A DNA stretch of 64,000 nucleotides from Mycobacteriales bacterium (GTDB lineage Bacteria > Actinomycetota > Actinomycetes > Mycobacteriales > JACQDL01). This document shows positions 55,315 to 64,000 of this stretch, piece by piece (positions within the stretch are counted from its first letter, which is position 1; every line of letters starts with the position of its first letter). Under the pieces are notes generated by a model. The model had not been told where the DNA came from and made no database searches. It worked only from the letters and a program-made list of their open reading frames with translations. The stretch spans positions 307 to 64,306 of the forward strand of contig DATILL010000020.1 of NCBI GenBank assembly GCA_035476575.1, written 5' to 3'. Position numbers and translations under genes: made by a program.

Positions 55315-56288
55315 CTCGCCAGGTCGGTCGGAGTTGCCCTGCCGTGCCGGATGGCGGTCTCCGGCGGTCCGCTGACCGGGTGCAGCCGGACCTGGCCGGC
55401 CAGCTCGGCCACCGCCCGCCGTCCGCCGGCGCCCAGCCCACGGTGGGCGACGTTCAGGGCGCCCGCCGCCGCGCCGAGCCGGACCGCGTCGCCGAGCTCG
55501 ACGCCCCGGGCCAGCCCGGCCACCACGCCGGCCACCATCGAGTCCCCGGCCTCGCGCGGGTCAGCCGGCTCAAGCTGGGGCATCAGCACCTCGCACACCT
55601 CCGTGCCCGTGGACAGCAGCGCGGGCCGCCGCTCGCGGGAGACCAACACGACCTGCGCGCCGGCCTCGTGCAGGCGCCGGGCCGCGGCGACCAGGTCCGG
55701 CACCTCCTCGCCGTCGGCGCGACCGTCGTCCAGCAGCTCCTGGTGGCTGACCTTGAGCAGGTAGACGCCGCCGACCAGCGCGGCCGAGAGCTGCTCGCCG
55801 GACAGGTCCGCCGCCACCCGGCAGCCGTTGCGGCTCAGGTCGGTCGCCAGCCGCCCGTACACCTCCGCCGGGAGCAGGCTGGAGTCGGCCGAGCCGGAGA
55901 GCAGGCACAGGCCAGTGGCCAGGCCCTCGCTCAGCGCGATCTCGTACAGCTCATCCAGCTCGTGCCGGGAGAGCTGGTCACCGGCCGTCTCGGCCACCAC
56001 CCGCCGTTCGCCGTCACGGCAGTCGTGCACGTAGCCGCCATTGCGCGACGTGCCGGCGGCAGCGCGTACGGTGACGCCCTCGGCCTCGGTGAGGTACCGC
56101 AGGACCAGGCCGGTCTCCCCGCCGAAGCAGGCGCACAGGCGCACCGGCACGTCGAGCGAGGTCAGCATGTGAGCGTGCCAGACGCCCTGGCCGTCCGCGT
56201 GCAGATGGACGTCGGGAGCTCCGCCGCGTTCCTCGACGGTCACCGCCAGCATCGGACGGGGCGCGAACACGAGCACAGGACCGGTCAT
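55299..56288 (-). CDS. PfkB-family sugar/phosphosugar kinase (1-phosphofructokinase-like)
   Basis: 329 aa. The C-terminal EAGDSMVAGVVAG resembles the PfkB GAGD ATP-site motif. Confidence 0.75.
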   Translation of the reverse strand: MTGPVLVFAPRPMLAVTVEERGGAPDVHLHADGQGVWHAHMLTSLDVPVRLCACFGGETGLVLRYLTEAEGVTVRAAAGTSRNGGYVHDCRDGERRVVAETAGDQLSRHELDELYEIALSEGLATGLCLLSGSADSSLLPAEVYGRLATDLSRNGCRVAADLSGEQLSAALVGGVYLLKVSHQELLDDGRADGEEVPDLVAAARRLHEAGAQVVLVSRERRPALLSTGTEVCEVLMPQLEPADPREAGDSMVAGVVAGLARGVELGDAVRLGAAAGALNVAHRGLGAGGRRAVAELAGQVRLHPVSGPPETAIRHGRATPTDLARWTTP

Positions 56289-56373
56289 TTTGCGTGATTA
56301 CCCATCTGGCGCCGATCCATGACGGACGGTCCAGGATTGCTGATCTTTACTGGGCGGGACGTCGGCCGGTCGG

Positions 56374-57591
56374 TTGAGTCGACCTCAGCGGGGTAAGCAG
56401 CCCGATGTGACCGACTATGTCCGGCGCCAGCGGCTGGCCGACCGCTACCGGCTGGAGACGTACCTGGGCGGAACGGCGGCCGAGGTGTACCTCGCCTTCG
56501 ACGAGCAGCTCCACCGCAGCGTGGTGATCAAGATCGCCCGGAGCGAGTCGGTGGACTACGAGGCGGAGCGGTTCGCCAACGAGGCCCGGCTGCTGGCCGA
56601 CCTGTCCCATCCGTGCCTGGTCACCCTGTACGACGCGGGGGTTGTGAGCGGCCGGCCGTACCTGGTCCTGCAGCGCGTCGCCGGCGGCACGCTGGCCGCC
56701 CGGATCCGGCAGGGCCCGCTGCCCGGGGAGCAGGCCCGGGAGGTCGGCCGCGCGCTGGCCGAGGCCTTGGACTACCTGCACGGGCGCGGCGTGGTGCACC
56801 GCGACCTCAAGCCCTCCAACGTGCTGCTCGGCGCGGACGGCGTCCGGCTGGCCGACCTCGGCATCGCCCGGCTGGTCGACTCCATCCGGATCACCATGAC
56901 CGGCCTGGTCGTGGGCACGCCCGCGTACCTTTCGCCCGAGCAGGCGCGCGGCGATCTGGTCGGTCCGGCCAGCGACCTGTACTCGCTTGGGCTGACCCTG
57001 CTGGAATGCCTGACCGGACGGCGCGAGTACGACGGCATGCCGGTCGAGGCGGCCCTGGCCCGGCTGTCCCGGTCACCGGTCGTCCCGCCATACCTGCCCA
57101 CGCCGTGGCCACACCTGCTGGCTCGGCTCACCGCCGTTGACCCGTCCGACCGGCCGACCGCGCGGGAGGTCGCAGGCCTGCTCGCCGCGGTCGGCGACCT
57201 GCCCACGACGCGATCCCTGCCGGTGCCTCCCGCTGGCCGGGGGACGCGGAGCAGGGCGGCCGCGGCGGTTGTCGTCGCGGTGGCGGGCAGCGTGGTGGCG
57301 CTGGCCGCGATGTGGCCGGCCAACGACCAACCGCCGGCCGGCGGGCCGGCATCGGTGCCGATCTCCCGACCGGCCACGACATCCCGACCGGCGCCGTCGT
57401 CCCCGGCAGCACCCACCGGCCGGCCACTCCGGCCAGCCAGTGCTGTGGTCACGGAGCTGGCTGGCCACCAGGACGTGCCCGTCGGCAAGGGCCAGCACAG
57501 GGCCGGTGAGAGACAGCACAAGGTCGACAAGGGGCAGCACAAGGTCGACAAGGGGCAGCACCGAGGACATCACAAGGGATCCCACGGCTAG
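56374..57591 (+). CDS. Ser/Thr protein kinase with TM anchor and Pro-rich/His-Lys-rich extracellular tail
   Basis: VVIKI (catalytic Lys), HRDLKPSNVLL, DLG, SPE. TM segment AAAVVVAVAGSVVALAAMW. Confidence 0.85.
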   Translation: MSRPQRGKQPDVTDYVRRQRLADRYRLETYLGGTAAEVYLAFDEQLHRSVVIKIARSESVDYEAERFANEARLLADLSHPCLVTLYDAGVVSGRPYLVLQRVAGGTLAARIRQGPLPGEQAREVGRALAEALDYLHGRGVVHRDLKPSNVLLGADGVRLADLGIARLVDSIRITMTGLVVGTPAYLSPEQARGDLVGPASDLYSLGLTLLECLTGRREYDGMPVEAALARLSRSPVVPPYLPTPWPHLLARLTAVDPSDRPTAREVAGLLAAVGDLPTTRSLPVPPAGRGTRSRAAAAVVVAVAGSVVALAAMWPANDQPPAGGPASVPISRPATTSRPAPSSPAAPTGRPLRPASAVVTELAGHQDVPVGKGQHRAGERQHKVDKGQHKVDKGQHRGHHKGSHG

Positions 57592-57867
57592 GTGCCACGA
57601 CGAGCCCGGCCTGGCTGGGACGGCGATGTATCAGTATCTGGTATCTGCCAAGTCATTTGCACGTGCGGTCTTCCCTAGCAGACGCGCTTGTGGCACTCTC
57701 TCAACAGGTCCAGATGCCTGTCATGACTCGGTGCCCAAAAGGGCATCAGCCTGGAAACGTACAACGCGAAGTTCCAGATGCTTTCCCAGGTTCCTTCCCA
57801 GGTCCTTCCTCCACTGTTGGGGTCAACGGCGCAGGTCAACGTGCCGGAGGCCCAGGAAGGGATCGGG

Positions 57868-58077
57868 ATGAACACAAACACGCGGGGGCCCGGTAGCTGG
57901 TTCACCAGCTCCTTCTGCCCTAACGGGGGTAGCTGCGTCGAGGTAGCGCTCCGGCCCGATGGTGGTGTCGCGGTGCGCGACAGCAAGGACCGTGGCGGCC
58001 CGACGCTGGGCTTCACCGCCGCCGAGTGGACCGCCTTCCTGGCCGGGGTGCGGGCGGGTGAGTTTGACCTGGCCTGA
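57868..58077 (+). CDS. DUF397-domain protein
   Basis: WFTSSFCPNGGSCVEVALRPDGGVAVRDSKD...L.FT..EW..F is the classical DUF397 pattern. 69 aa. Confidence 0.8.
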   Translation: MNTNTRGPGSWFTSSFCPNGGSCVEVALRPDGGVAVRDSKDRGGPTLGFTAAEWTAFLAGVRAGEFDLA

Positions 58078-58096
58078 GCAGCGGGCGGTCGCCAGG

Positions 58097-58954
58097 TCAG
58101 GGCAGCCGGCCGAGCAGGTCGGCGACGAACGCGATCGACTCGGCGGGGTTGAGTGCGTCGGCGCGTACGCCGTCGAAGGCGGCGGCGTACCGCGCCACGA
58201 CATCGAACTTGGTGTCGAACGTGGGACCGAGGATCTGGTCCGCGAAGACGACCTTCGGGTCACCGGGGTCGGCGAAGCCGAACATCTGGAAGGAGAGCCC
58301 GCTGGACGCGCCGAGGCCGGCGCCGTAGGTGAGGACCTGGACGGTCACCTGTGGCTGGTGGGCAACGTCGGAAAGGTGGGAGAGCTGCTCCCGCGCGGTC
58401 GCGGAGCCGAGCTCGCACACGCGGTGCAGCGCGGACTCGTCGATGACGAAATGCATGCGGGGCGGGCTGGGCCGCCGCAGGATCTCCTGCCTTCTCAGGC
58501 GCAGCGCGAGGTATCGTTCGACCTGTTCGTCGGTGATATCCGTTCGCCGGCCGCTCATCATGTAGAAGTATTCTCGGGTTTGCAGGAGCCCGGGCACCAG
58601 ATAAGAGTCGTAGACCGAGATATCGGCAGCGGCGTCCTCGAAGCCGATCAGGGTGCCAAGCCCGTCGGAGAGGATGTCGGCGTACTCGTGCCACCAGCCT
58701 TTCTCGCGGGACTCGCGGATGAGGTCGAGAAGTTCGCCGCGTTGGTCTTCGGGGATGCCGTAGAGGTCGAGCATGTTGCGGACGTCGGGCACGCGGGCCA
58801 GCAGCCGGCCGGTCTCGATCCGGCTGATCTTGGCGGGGGAGCAGTCGAGGTAGGCCGCCACATCGCTGAGTGACCGGCCAGCCGCCTCGCGAAGCTGGCG
58901 GAGTCGGGTCCCGGCCTGCCGTCGTCGCAGGACCGGACCAGGGTTGGTGTCCAT
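58097..58954 (-). CDS. XRE-family HTH regulator with DUF5753-like C-terminal domain (WhiJ-like)
   Basis: LRQLREAAGRSLSDVAAYLDCSPAKISRIETG HTH motif. 285 aa from ATG 58954. Confidence 0.8.
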   Translation of the reverse strand: MDTNPGPVLRRRQAGTRLRQLREAAGRSLSDVAAYLDCSPAKISRIETGRLLARVPDVRNMLDLYGIPEDQRGELLDLIRESREKGWWHEYADILSDGLGTLIGFEDAAADISVYDSYLVPGLLQTREYFYMMSGRRTDITDEQVERYLALRLRRQEILRRPSPPRMHFVIDESALHRVCELGSATAREQLSHLSDVAHQPQVTVQVLTYGAGLGASSGLSFQMFGFADPGDPKVVFADQILGPTFDTKFDVVARYAAAFDGVRADALNPAESIAFVADLLGRLP

Positions 58955-59162
58955 CGCCGGGCGCCTTCTTCTGAGGAATGCCGCACAGGGGTGGAGCGCC
59001 GCGACAGACACGTGCCCCAACACAGGGTGACAGCTAGCAGGGCTTAAAAACAACCACCGATCGTGTGATCCGTAAAGTGTGGACGTTCGGTAATTGCATG
59101 TCTACGTTACGGGTACGAGTCGCGACACGTCACCAGCCAGACCCGACCCCCTAGGAGGCGTC

Positions 59163-59297
59163 ATGTCCCGACGACAAACCCCCACCCTCTGCCGGCGCTG
59201 TCATGGACGGGGCAGCACCCACGAGCCGATCAGCCCGCTGAAGGGGGCAACAGCCCGCAGGCGCTGCCGCCGTTGTGGCGGGCGGGGTGTCCATTGA
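59163..59297 (+). CDS. 44-aa protein with two DnaJ-type CxxCxGxG zinc-finger motifs
   Basis: ATG 59163 lies 7 nt after AGGAGG. CRRCHGRG and CRRCGGRG are separated by 19 residues. Confidence 0.4.
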   Translation: MSRRQTPTLCRRCHGRGSTHEPISPLKGATARRRCRRCGGRGVH

Positions 59298-59455
59298 CCA
59301 TGCCCCACCGCCCGCAGCGCGCCACCGACCGGTCCGGAGAGGGGCCCGGACCGTTCGGTGGCGCTCAGCTCGTTGCCGGGCACTTCGCCGCCCGATGCCT
59401 CGTTGGGGATAACAACAATTTGGGGTGTGCATGACGTGGTAAGGAGGTAACCCTG

Positions 59456-62400
59456 TTGATGGCGGCCGCCGTGTCTGCCGTTGAGGTGCGGTTCCAGCTT
59501 CTTGGATCGTTTCAGGTGTTTCATGGCGGCCAGCCGGTGTCGGTGGGGGGGCCGACGGCGCAGGCGGTGTTGGTGGGGTTGTTGCAGCGTCCGTCGGTCC
59601 GGTTGCTTCCGGAGCAGGTCGTCACCGCGGTGTGGGGTAGCCCGGATGGGGTGAGCGACGACAGCCTGTACCACTACATCACCGGTCTGCGGAAGGCGTT
59701 GGCGCCGTTGGGGCTGGAGGTGGAGAGCTGCCGGCCGGGCTACCTGCTGCGGGTGCCGGCCGAGGCGGTGGACGCGGCCCGGTTCGAGGGGTTGGTCACC
59801 TCGGCGCGGGCGTTGCGGGTGAGCGACCCGGAGGAGGCGGTCCGCCGGCTGCGGGCGGCGTTGGAGCTGTGGGCGGGTCCGGACGCGTTGGGCGGGCTGG
59901 GCCTGCCGGGCATCCGGCGGATCGCCGCGGGGCTGGACGGGCGGCGGCTGGACGCGGCGGAGGACCTGGCCGATTTGGAGCTGGGCCGGGGCCGGGCCGA
60001 GCAGGTGCTGGACCTGCTACGTACCCTGGCCGCGGCGCACCCGGACCGGGACCGGCTGACCGCGGCGTTGATCCGGGCGTTGCACGCCACCGGCCGGACC
60101 GGCCAGGCGCAGCTGACGTACCTGGCCGCGGAGCAGCTTGCCCGGCGGTTCGGCCGGGAGCCGCACGCCGTGGTCCGCCGGGCGCAGCAGGACCTGCTGG
60201 GCGGCCAGCCGGCCGAGGCGGAGGCGGGCCTGTCCAGCATGGTGCCGTTCCAGCTTCCGGCGGACACCTCACACTTCACCGGTCGTACGGTGGAGCTGGA
60301 GCAGATCCTTGGCCTGGTCCCCGGCCGGGGCGGTACGGCGGTCGCGCCGGTGGCCTGTGTGGTGGACGGGATGGCCGGGGTCGGCAAGACCGCGCTGGCG
60401 GTGCACGCCGCGCACCGGCTGGCCAGCCGGTTCCCGGACGGCAGCCTGTTCATCGACCTGCACGGGTTCACCCCGGAGACCACCCCGGCCACCCCGCAGA
60501 AGGCCCTGGACACGCTGCTGCGCGGGCTGGGGGTGACCGGCCAGCAGATCCCCCCCGACCTTGACGCCCGCGCTGCCTTGTACCGCTCGCAGCTCGCCCG
60601 CCGGCGGATGCTGATCGTGCTGGACAACGCCAAGGACGAGGCGCAGGTCAGGCCGCTGCTGCCCGGCACCCCCGGGTGCCTGGTGCTGGTCACCAGCCGC
60701 CGCCGGCTGGCCGGGCTGGACGACGCCCAGCACCTGAGCCTGGACACCCTCAGCCCGCAGGAGGCCGCCGCGCTGTTCCGGGCGGTGGCCAGCGACGGTG
60801 CCTGGCACGACCACCGCACCGTCGATGAGATCGTGCAGGTGTGCGGGGAGCTGCCGCTGGCCATCCGGATCGCCGCCGCCCGGCTGCGTACCAGCCGGGC
60901 GATGACCCCTACGGCGCTGCTGGCCTCGCTGCGCCGGGAGCACCAGCACGACCTGCCGCTGCGCGGCCTGAACGACGGCGAGCGCAGCGTCGCGGCCGCG
61001 TTCGCGGTCTCCTACCATCATCTGGAGCCGGCCCAGCGGCACGCCTTCGGGCTGCTCGGGGTCCACCCCGGGCCTAGCATCGACGCCTACGCCACCGCCG
61101 CGCTGCTGGATGGCACCCTGCCCGACGCGCAGCGGTTCCTCGACGCCCTGGAGCAGGTCAACCTCATCGTCCAGCCCACCCAGGACCGCTACCGCTTCCA
61201 CGACCTGCTGCGCGCCTACGCCACCGACGCCGCCGTCCAGGACAGCCGGCTGGACCACGGCGCCGCGCTGGGCCGGCTGCTGGACCACTACAGCCACGCC
61301 ACCTCGGTGGCGATGGACACCCTCTACGCCTACGAGGCCCCCTACCGGCCCCGCATCAGCCCGCCACACACCCCGGCACCGGACCTGGCCGAGCCCGAGG
61401 CGGCCCGACGCTGGCTGCAGGAGGAGCTGCCCAACCTGCTCGCCGCCGCCGAGCACGCCACCGTCCACGGCCACCTGGACCACGCCGCGCACACCGTGCA
61501 CCTGTCCGCCACCCTGGCCCGGCACCTGCGCACCCTGGGCCGCTACGCCGACGCCTACAACCTGCACACCCACGCCCTGAACACCGCCCGCACGATCGGC
61601 GACCAGGTCGGCGAGCTGACCATCCTGATCGCCCTGGCCCGCACCGACCGGGTCGCCGACCGGCACGCCGAGGCCGCCGGGCGCTACCACGAGGCGCTGC
61701 GCATCGCCCGGCACGTCGACCACCACGCCGGTGAGATCGGCGCCCTGACCGGCCTGGGCCACGTCCGCCTGATGACCCGCGCCAACACCGAGGCACACGA
61801 GCACCTCGCGCACGCCCTCCAGCTCGCCCGGCAGACCGGCCACCGCCCCGGCGAGATCGACGCCCGCTGGGGCCTGGGCCAGGTCCACCGCGCGAGTGGG
61901 CACTACGACCAGGCCACCGGGCAGTACCAGCAGGCCCTCGACCTTGCCCGCGAGATCGGGCACCGCGCCGGCGAGGTCATCGCCCTGACCGGCCTGGGCC
62001 ACGTCCACCGCCAGCTCGGCAGCTACTCCCAGGCCATCGCCCACCTCCAGCAGGCCCTCGGCATCGCCGTCGACACCGGCGACCGCAGCGCCGAGATCTA
62101 CGCCCTGCTAGCCCGCGGCCACGTCTACCGGCTCACCGACCGGCCCGAGCTGGCCATCGAAGACTACCACCGCGCCCTCGGCATCGCCCGCGACATCGGC
62201 GACCGCAACGGCCGGTTCCAGGCCCAGCACGCCCTCGGCCAGGTCCTACGCGAGACCGGCCAGGCCACCGTCGCCCTCACCCACCACCAGGACGCCCTGG
62301 ACACCGTCCGCACCCTCGCCCAGCCCCACGACGAGGCCCGCGCCCACAACGGCCTCGCCCACACCCACCTCACCCTCGGCCAGCCCACCCACGCCCGAGC

Positions 62401-62500
62401 ACACTGGCACGCCGCCCTGGCCATCTACACCCGCCTCAACGACCCCCACGCCACCCAGATCCAGGCCCACCTCGACAACCTCACCCCGCAGCCGGTCTAG
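59456..62500 (+). CDS. AfsR/SARP-family regulator (winged-helix + BTAD + NB-ARC ATPase + TPR)
   Basis: N-terminal VRFQLLGSFQV... OmpR/SARP-type DNA-binding and BTAD region. GMAGVGKT P-loop with LIVLDNA. Repeated TPR-like units (GLGHV...Y.QA...QAL.IA). TTG 59456 or ATG 59459 after AAGGAGG. Confidence 0.85.
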   Translation: MMAAAVSAVEVRFQLLGSFQVFHGGQPVSVGGPTAQAVLVGLLQRPSVRLLPEQVVTAVWGSPDGVSDDSLYHYITGLRKALAPLGLEVESCRPGYLLRVPAEAVDAARFEGLVTSARALRVSDPEEAVRRLRAALELWAGPDALGGLGLPGIRRIAAGLDGRRLDAAEDLADLELGRGRAEQVLDLLRTLAAAHPDRDRLTAALIRALHATGRTGQAQLTYLAAEQLARRFGREPHAVVRRAQQDLLGGQPAEAEAGLSSMVPFQLPADTSHFTGRTVELEQILGLVPGRGGTAVAPVACVVDGMAGVGKTALAVHAAHRLASRFPDGSLFIDLHGFTPETTPATPQKALDTLLRGLGVTGQQIPPDLDARAALYRSQLARRRMLIVLDNAKDEAQVRPLLPGTPGCLVLVTSRRRLAGLDDAQHLSLDTLSPQEAAALFRAVASDGAWHDHRTVDEIVQVCGELPLAIRIAAARLRTSRAMTPTALLASLRREHQHDLPLRGLNDGERSVAAAFAVSYHHLEPAQRHAFGLLGVHPGPSIDAYATAALLDGTLPDAQRFLDALEQVNLIVQPTQDRYRFHDLLRAYATDAAVQDSRLDHGAALGRLLDHYSHATSVAMDTLYAYEAPYRPRISPPHTPAPDLAEPEAARRWLQEELPNLLAAAEHATVHGHLDHAAHTVHLSATLARHLRTLGRYADAYNLHTHALNTARTIGDQVGELTILIALARTDRVADRHAEAAGRYHEALRIARHVDHHAGEIGALTGLGHVRLMTRANTEAHEHLAHALQLARQTGHRPGEIDARWGLGQVHRASGHYDQATGQYQQALDLAREIGHRAGEVIALTGLGHVHRQLGSYSQAIAHLQQALGIAVDTGDRSAEIYALLARGHVYRLTDRPELAIEDYHRALGIARDIGDRNGRFQAQHALGQVLRETGQATVALTHHQDALDTVRTLAQPHDEARAHNGLAHTHLTLGQPTHARAHWHAALAIYTRLNDPHATQIQAHLDNLTPQPV

Positions 62501-62621
62501 CCTCACCCACGCCGGGCGGCAGCACACTCACGACCGACCAACCGCGACCGCCCGGTCGGCGCACTGCTCGGCTCAACGCGACCCCAGCCATCCAACAAAC
62601 TAACCAAGTTTGACCTCGATA

Positions 62622-62638
62622 ATGAAATTCGATTTCAT
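62622..62638. promoter_or_regulatory. Zur-box-like palindrome upstream of the metal transporter
   Basis: Perfect 7-3-7 palindrome ATGAAAT-TCG-ATTTCAT, 45 nt upstream of the ATG at 62683. Resembles the actinobacterial Zur consensus TGAAAATGATTTTCA. Confidence 0.55.
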
Positions 62639-62682
62639 GACGGTCGTAGCTCTAGACCTACCCTTCGCCAAGGAGCTCTAGC

Positions 62683-63627
62683 ATGCGTACGACGCGCCCT
62701 GCCGCCAGCGTCCTGGCCGGCTCCGCGCTGCTGGTGCTGGCTGGTTGCAGCACTGCGCCGGCCGCGCCCGGCAACGCACCCTTCGGCACCGGGGGAGCCT
62801 CGGCCAGGACGATCCAGGTGGTCGCCGCGGAGAACTTCTGGGGCAGTATCGCCGTACAGCTCGGCGGTGAGCGGGTCACGGTCACCAACATCATCGACAG
62901 CCCCGACGTGGACCCACACGACTACGAGGCGAAGGCCGCCGACGCGCGGGCCATCGCGGCCGCGGACCTCGTGTTGATCAACGGCGTCGGCTATGACACC
63001 TGGGCCACCCAGGCGGTCAGGGCGAACCCGGCACCGGGCCGCACTGTCCTCACCGTCGGCGACGTGGTCGGCGTGCCGGCCGGCGGCAACCCGCACCGCT
63101 GGTACAACCCGGACGACGTACAGAAGGTCGTCGCCGCACTCGTCGCTGACTACAAGATGATCGACCCCGCCCACTCGGCGTACTTCGACCAGCGAAAGGT
63201 CGCGTTCACGACCATCGGCCTGGCCGCCTACCGGGTGGTGATCGCCGAGATCAGGGCCAAGTACGCCGGCACTCCGGTGGGCGCCTCGGAGAGTATCTTC
63301 GCGATGGTGGCACCGTCGCTGGGTCTGGACCTGATCACCCCGCCGACGTTCCTGACCGCTGTCAGCCAGGGCACCGACCCGACCGCGGCGGACAAGGCCA
63401 CCATCGACGCGCAGATCAGGGACAGGAAGCTCGCGGTCTACGTGTGCAACAGCCAGAACGCCACCCCGGACGTGCAGGCCCAGATCACCGCCGCCAAGGC
63501 GCACGGCATCCCGGTGACCACCATCACCGAGACGCTGACCCCGCCCACCGCATCCTGGCAGGAGTGGCAGACCGCCCAGCTCACCGCGCTGCGGGAGGCG
63601 CTGGCCAAGGCCACTGGACGACGATGA
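62683..63627 (+). CDS. znuA: Metal (zinc-type) ABC transporter substrate-binding lipoprotein, TroA/ZnuA family
   Basis: Lipobox LVLAGC. AENFWGSI...DPHDYE...INGVGYD pattern of cluster A-I binding proteins. Preceded by a Zur-like box. Confidence 0.75.
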   Translation: MRTTRPAASVLAGSALLVLAGCSTAPAAPGNAPFGTGGASARTIQVVAAENFWGSIAVQLGGERVTVTNIIDSPDVDPHDYEAKAADARAIAAADLVLINGVGYDTWATQAVRANPAPGRTVLTVGDVVGVPAGGNPHRWYNPDDVQKVVAALVADYKMIDPAHSAYFDQRKVAFTTIGLAAYRVVIAEIRAKYAGTPVGASESIFAMVAPSLGLDLITPPTFLTAVSQGTDPTAADKATIDAQIRDRKLAVYVCNSQNATPDVQAQITAAKAHGIPVTTITETLTPPTASWQEWQTAQLTALREALAKATGRR

Positions 63628-64000
63628 GCGACGTCCTGCTGGAGCTGCGCGGCGCCACCCTACGGGTAGGTGACCGGACGCTGTGGAGTGGCGTCGACCT
63701 GTCGGTGCGGGCCGGGGAGCTCGTCGCGATCCTCGGACCCAACGGCGTCGGGAAGTCCATGCTGGTCAAGGCGGTGCTCGGCCTGGTCCCGCTGGCCTCC
63801 GGCACGTTGCGGGTCCTAGGTGGTCCCCCTGGGGCGGCCAACCACCAGATCGGCTACCTGCCGCAGCGCCGCAGCTTCGACGCCCAGCTCCGGGTCCGTG
63901 GCGTCGACGTCGTCCGGCTGGGGCTGGACGGCAACCGATGGGGGGTGCCGCTGCCCGGCGCGCGGCGCTGGAGCCGGCGGGCCCGGGCGGATGACGCCAG
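63624..64000 (+). CDS. znuC: Metal ABC transporter ATP-binding protein (partial, runs off the window)
   Basis: ATGA coupling to the binding-protein gene. LELRGATLRVGDRTLWSGVDLSVRAGELVAILGPNGVGKS contains Walker A. The frame is open to the window end, so it is absent from the ORF track. Confidence 0.75.
   Translation, partial: MSDVLLELRGATLRVGDRTLWSGVDLSVRAGELVAILGPNGVGKSMLVKAVLGLVPLASGTLRVLGGPPGAANHQIGYLPQRRSFDAQLRVRGVDVVRLGLDGNRWGVPLPGARRWSRRARADDA

Overview
High-GC (roughly 70% or more by eye) actinomycete chromosomal window; the taxon cannot be fixed from the sequence alone.

Layout:
1. 0-3.2 kb: a DHA2-type MFS pump, two small paralogous proteins carrying eukaryote-like F-box motifs, and a decayed 5' relic of a tyrosinase-like gene.
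2. 3.28-20.4 kb: a 15-gene, co-directional, translationally coupled operon that looks like an NRPS/PKS-independent biosynthetic cluster. It encodes a KamA-family radical-SAM 2,3-aminomutase, an MIO ammonia-lyase/aminomutase coupled to its own class II DAHP synthase, three adenylate-forming ligases, a free carrier protein, two ATP-grasp ligases, two amidase-signature enzymes, a tautomerase-like protein, an alpha/alpha-toroid repeat protein, an SDR and an MFS exporter.
3. 20.8-24.0 kb: a secreted M14 carboxypeptidase.
4. 24.0-29.9 kb: an accessory mosaic with two more relics of the tyrosinase 5' region, a low-GC NPCBM-like membrane protein, an IS1380-family transposase pseudogene, a PxKF/DUF11-type secreted protein, a transposase remnant and a small GNAT.
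5. 29.9-32.7 kb: an intact 934-aa tyrosinase-vWA-His-rich fusion protein.
6. 32.8-36.3 kb: a glycine-zipper protein, a frameshifted membrane protein, a RelE/Phd toxin-antitoxin pair and a metallophosphoesterase.
7. 36.4-47.6 kb: a complete type I-E CRISPR-Cas locus (cas3-cas8e-cse2-cas7-cas5-cas6e-cas1-cas2) followed by 34 repeats and 33 spacers.
8. 47.7-64.0 kb: mostly core-type genes. These are DJ-1/PfpI, a selenocysteine-containing formate dehydrogenase operon with a SECIS-like hairpin, SurE, a PfkB kinase, a Ser/Thr kinase, a DUF397/XRE pair, an AfsR/SARP-type regulator, and a Zur-box-preceded ZnuA/ZnuC transporter running off the window.

The most interesting signals are the uncharacterisable ligase-based beta-amino-acid-type cluster, and the observation that this cluster plus the peptidase sit as a ~20.8 kb block splitting a tyrosinase-like paralogue. 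All functional calls rest on motif recognition in the translated ORFs, not on database searches.
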